Assembly: GCA_000934665.2 (NCBI GenBank) | Contig: KZ538776.1 | Span: 1 to 48,049, forward strand | Length of the DNA: 48,049 bases | From: Catajapyx aquilonaris | Taxonomy: Eukaryota | Direction of reading: 5' to 3' | Shown here: positions 46,376 through 48,049 of the stretch, one piece after another | Numbering within the stretch: the stretch's first letter is position 1 | Layout: every line of letters begins with the position of its first letter | The notes under the pieces: model-generated | The model's database searches: none | Told to the model about the DNA's origin: nothing | What the model saw: the letters and a program-made list of their open reading frames with translations, nothing else | Translations under genes and position numbers: made by a program

Positions 46376-47325
46376 GGCTTTACACTAGCAACACCACAAT
46401 AATCCACAATATAAATATTAATCTTATGCAACGGGCCCAGGGGTTGAAGACCAACTATTTGCTGGTCTGCAACTGTATAGGCAGCGATCAGATGTCAATT
46501 TAAGGGAACTGAGGACACAGTCCGACAGGCAGGGCTCGATCGACAGGCAGGGCTGATCCTCTCGACTTTACACTAGCAACACCACAATAATCCTCTCTCA
46601 ATGTTAATCAATCTAATCAATATTACCTCTCTATAAAGAGCACCGGTACAGTACCCGCAGGTACCTAGAAACATATGATATGTGCATAATAATTGTTATA
46701 CACAGTAGGACATGATACTGCTACTGGTGATGACAAGGAAGATAACGGGATAGAAGTTCTGATTGGAAATCTCACCATCTCCCAGGACACTCGGGACCAT
46801 GATGCTGACGAGGAACCCGAAAAAGGACTAGCATGGATTCACTGAAACCATTGGATTGCAACATGCAAACCGCCATTTCATATTGGATTATTGATACACT
46901 TGTTACTCATTACCAATATGTAGGCTAATGACTTCTTTCATTCACTTTTTGTGAGTTAATATACTTTCCACTCTGTAAAAACCAAAACTGAAGCCATGAT
47001 TTTTAAAAAAAAAAAAAACTTGTGTTTAGGCCCTACCATGTAATTCTCGAGGTTTTTGGAAGTTTTGTAATCCAAACCTCCTCATAATATTTGTGTGTGG
47101 TATTTAACCATATTTATGGTATATAAAGGTCATGTTTTGTTCAGGCAACTGCAACTGCAGTTCTGCAGGCTGATCCTCTCGGCTTTACACTATAGCAACA
47201 CCACAATAATCCACAATATAAATATTAATCTTATACAACTGGCCCAGTCGTTGAAGACCAACTATTTGGAGGTCTGCCACTGTAGGCAGCGATCAGATGT
47301 CAATTTAGGGCAATGACACAGTCCT
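46376..47325 (+). repeat. Dispersed direct repeats (46376-46520, 46550-46595, 47166-47325)
   Basis: CTTTACACTA(TA)GCAACACCACAATAATCC occurs three times; GTTGAAGACCAACTATTT..AGGCAGCGATCAGATGTCAATTTA twice. Confidence 0.85.
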
Positions 47326-47640
47326 TAGTATTTGTTTCAATAACAACATGTTAAATGCTAATTATTATATCAGTACGTAGATAGAACATGCCTGTATGAA
47401 ATATATACATGTATCTACAATGATCCACGTCTATTTCCACAGACCTCTCAACAGGTTTGTTCCTCTCGACCAGTGAAGAGAAGGAAGTATGTTGAGCAAC
47501 ACAATCCGACAGACAGGGTTCCCATCGCAATCCACAATATTAATATGAATAATAATATATTCTAATATTAATATTAATATTGCATTGCATTGCATAATGG
47601 TGTGTTATGCCTGTCCTATGAGTGGTATGACTGATGGTAT

Positions 47641-48049
47641 ACAATCGCAACTATAAAGCTACGAATGTCATTCATCTGACAATCATGAGCTATTCAGAGT
47701 ATATTGCAGACTCATATTACAGGAGCGCCTGCCGTAAAATAACATTATAATTATTGCGAACGTCTGTCCGTACAATCACAACTATAGAGCTACGAATGTC
47801 ATTCATCTGACAATCATGAGCTATTCAGAGTATATTGCAGACTCATATTACAGGAGCGCCTGCCGTAAAATAACATTGACCATAAGTCGTATGTCCGTAT
47901 CATATACAAGTACAAGCCGACCCATTCATTAATAGAGCTACTAATATCCCACATCTGACAATCATGAGCTATTCAGAGTATATTGCAGACTCATATTACA
48001 GGAGCGCCTGCCGCAAAATAACATTGAACATAAGTCGTATGTCCGTATC
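47641..48049 (+). repeat. Tandem repeat, ~130-170-bp units, 3 copies, running off the window
   Basis: CATCTGACAATCATGAGCTATTCAGAGTATATTGCAGACTCATATTACAGGAGCGCCTGCCG occurs three times. Confidence 0.92.

Noticed and set aside
47641..48049. Constant repeat with variable spacers as a CRISPR-like array
   Set aside because: Eukaryotic context, repeat too long, linkers partly homologous to each other, and no cas genes.

Overview
Repeat-dense eukaryotic genomic DNA, most likely an arthropod (the species cannot be assigned from sequence). Two spliced genes reconstruct with consistent GT-AG phases. One is a 4-coding-exon RBM41-like RRM gene (+, 9288-19191, 423 aa). The other is a 10-exon type-B carboxylesterase (+, 22497-40072, ~571 aa; signal peptide, GESAG/E/H triad, C-terminal RDEL). 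A third gene, absent from the ORF track, assembles on the minus strand (6607-5857): three exons encoding a 91-aa, Cys-free, Lys-rich secreted peptide with TATA and polyA signals. A weaker candidate secreted-peptide gene lies at 44691-44378 (-), with a SINE between its TATA box and ATG. Introns and intergenic DNA are packed with non-autonomous DNA transposons (mariner/Tc1, rosa-like, pogo/Tigger, hAT, piggyBac-like, Harbinger-like, Sola-like), many nested or palindromic, and at least four tRNA-derived SINE types with TSDs. The most unusual structures are a ~3 kb palindrome built of smaller palindromes in esterase intron 6, a chimeric SINE, a tandemly duplicated esterase promoter and a three-level transposon nest. 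No alignments or database searches were run. Family names come from recognised motifs and TIR/TSD rules, and repeat boundaries may be off by a few bases.
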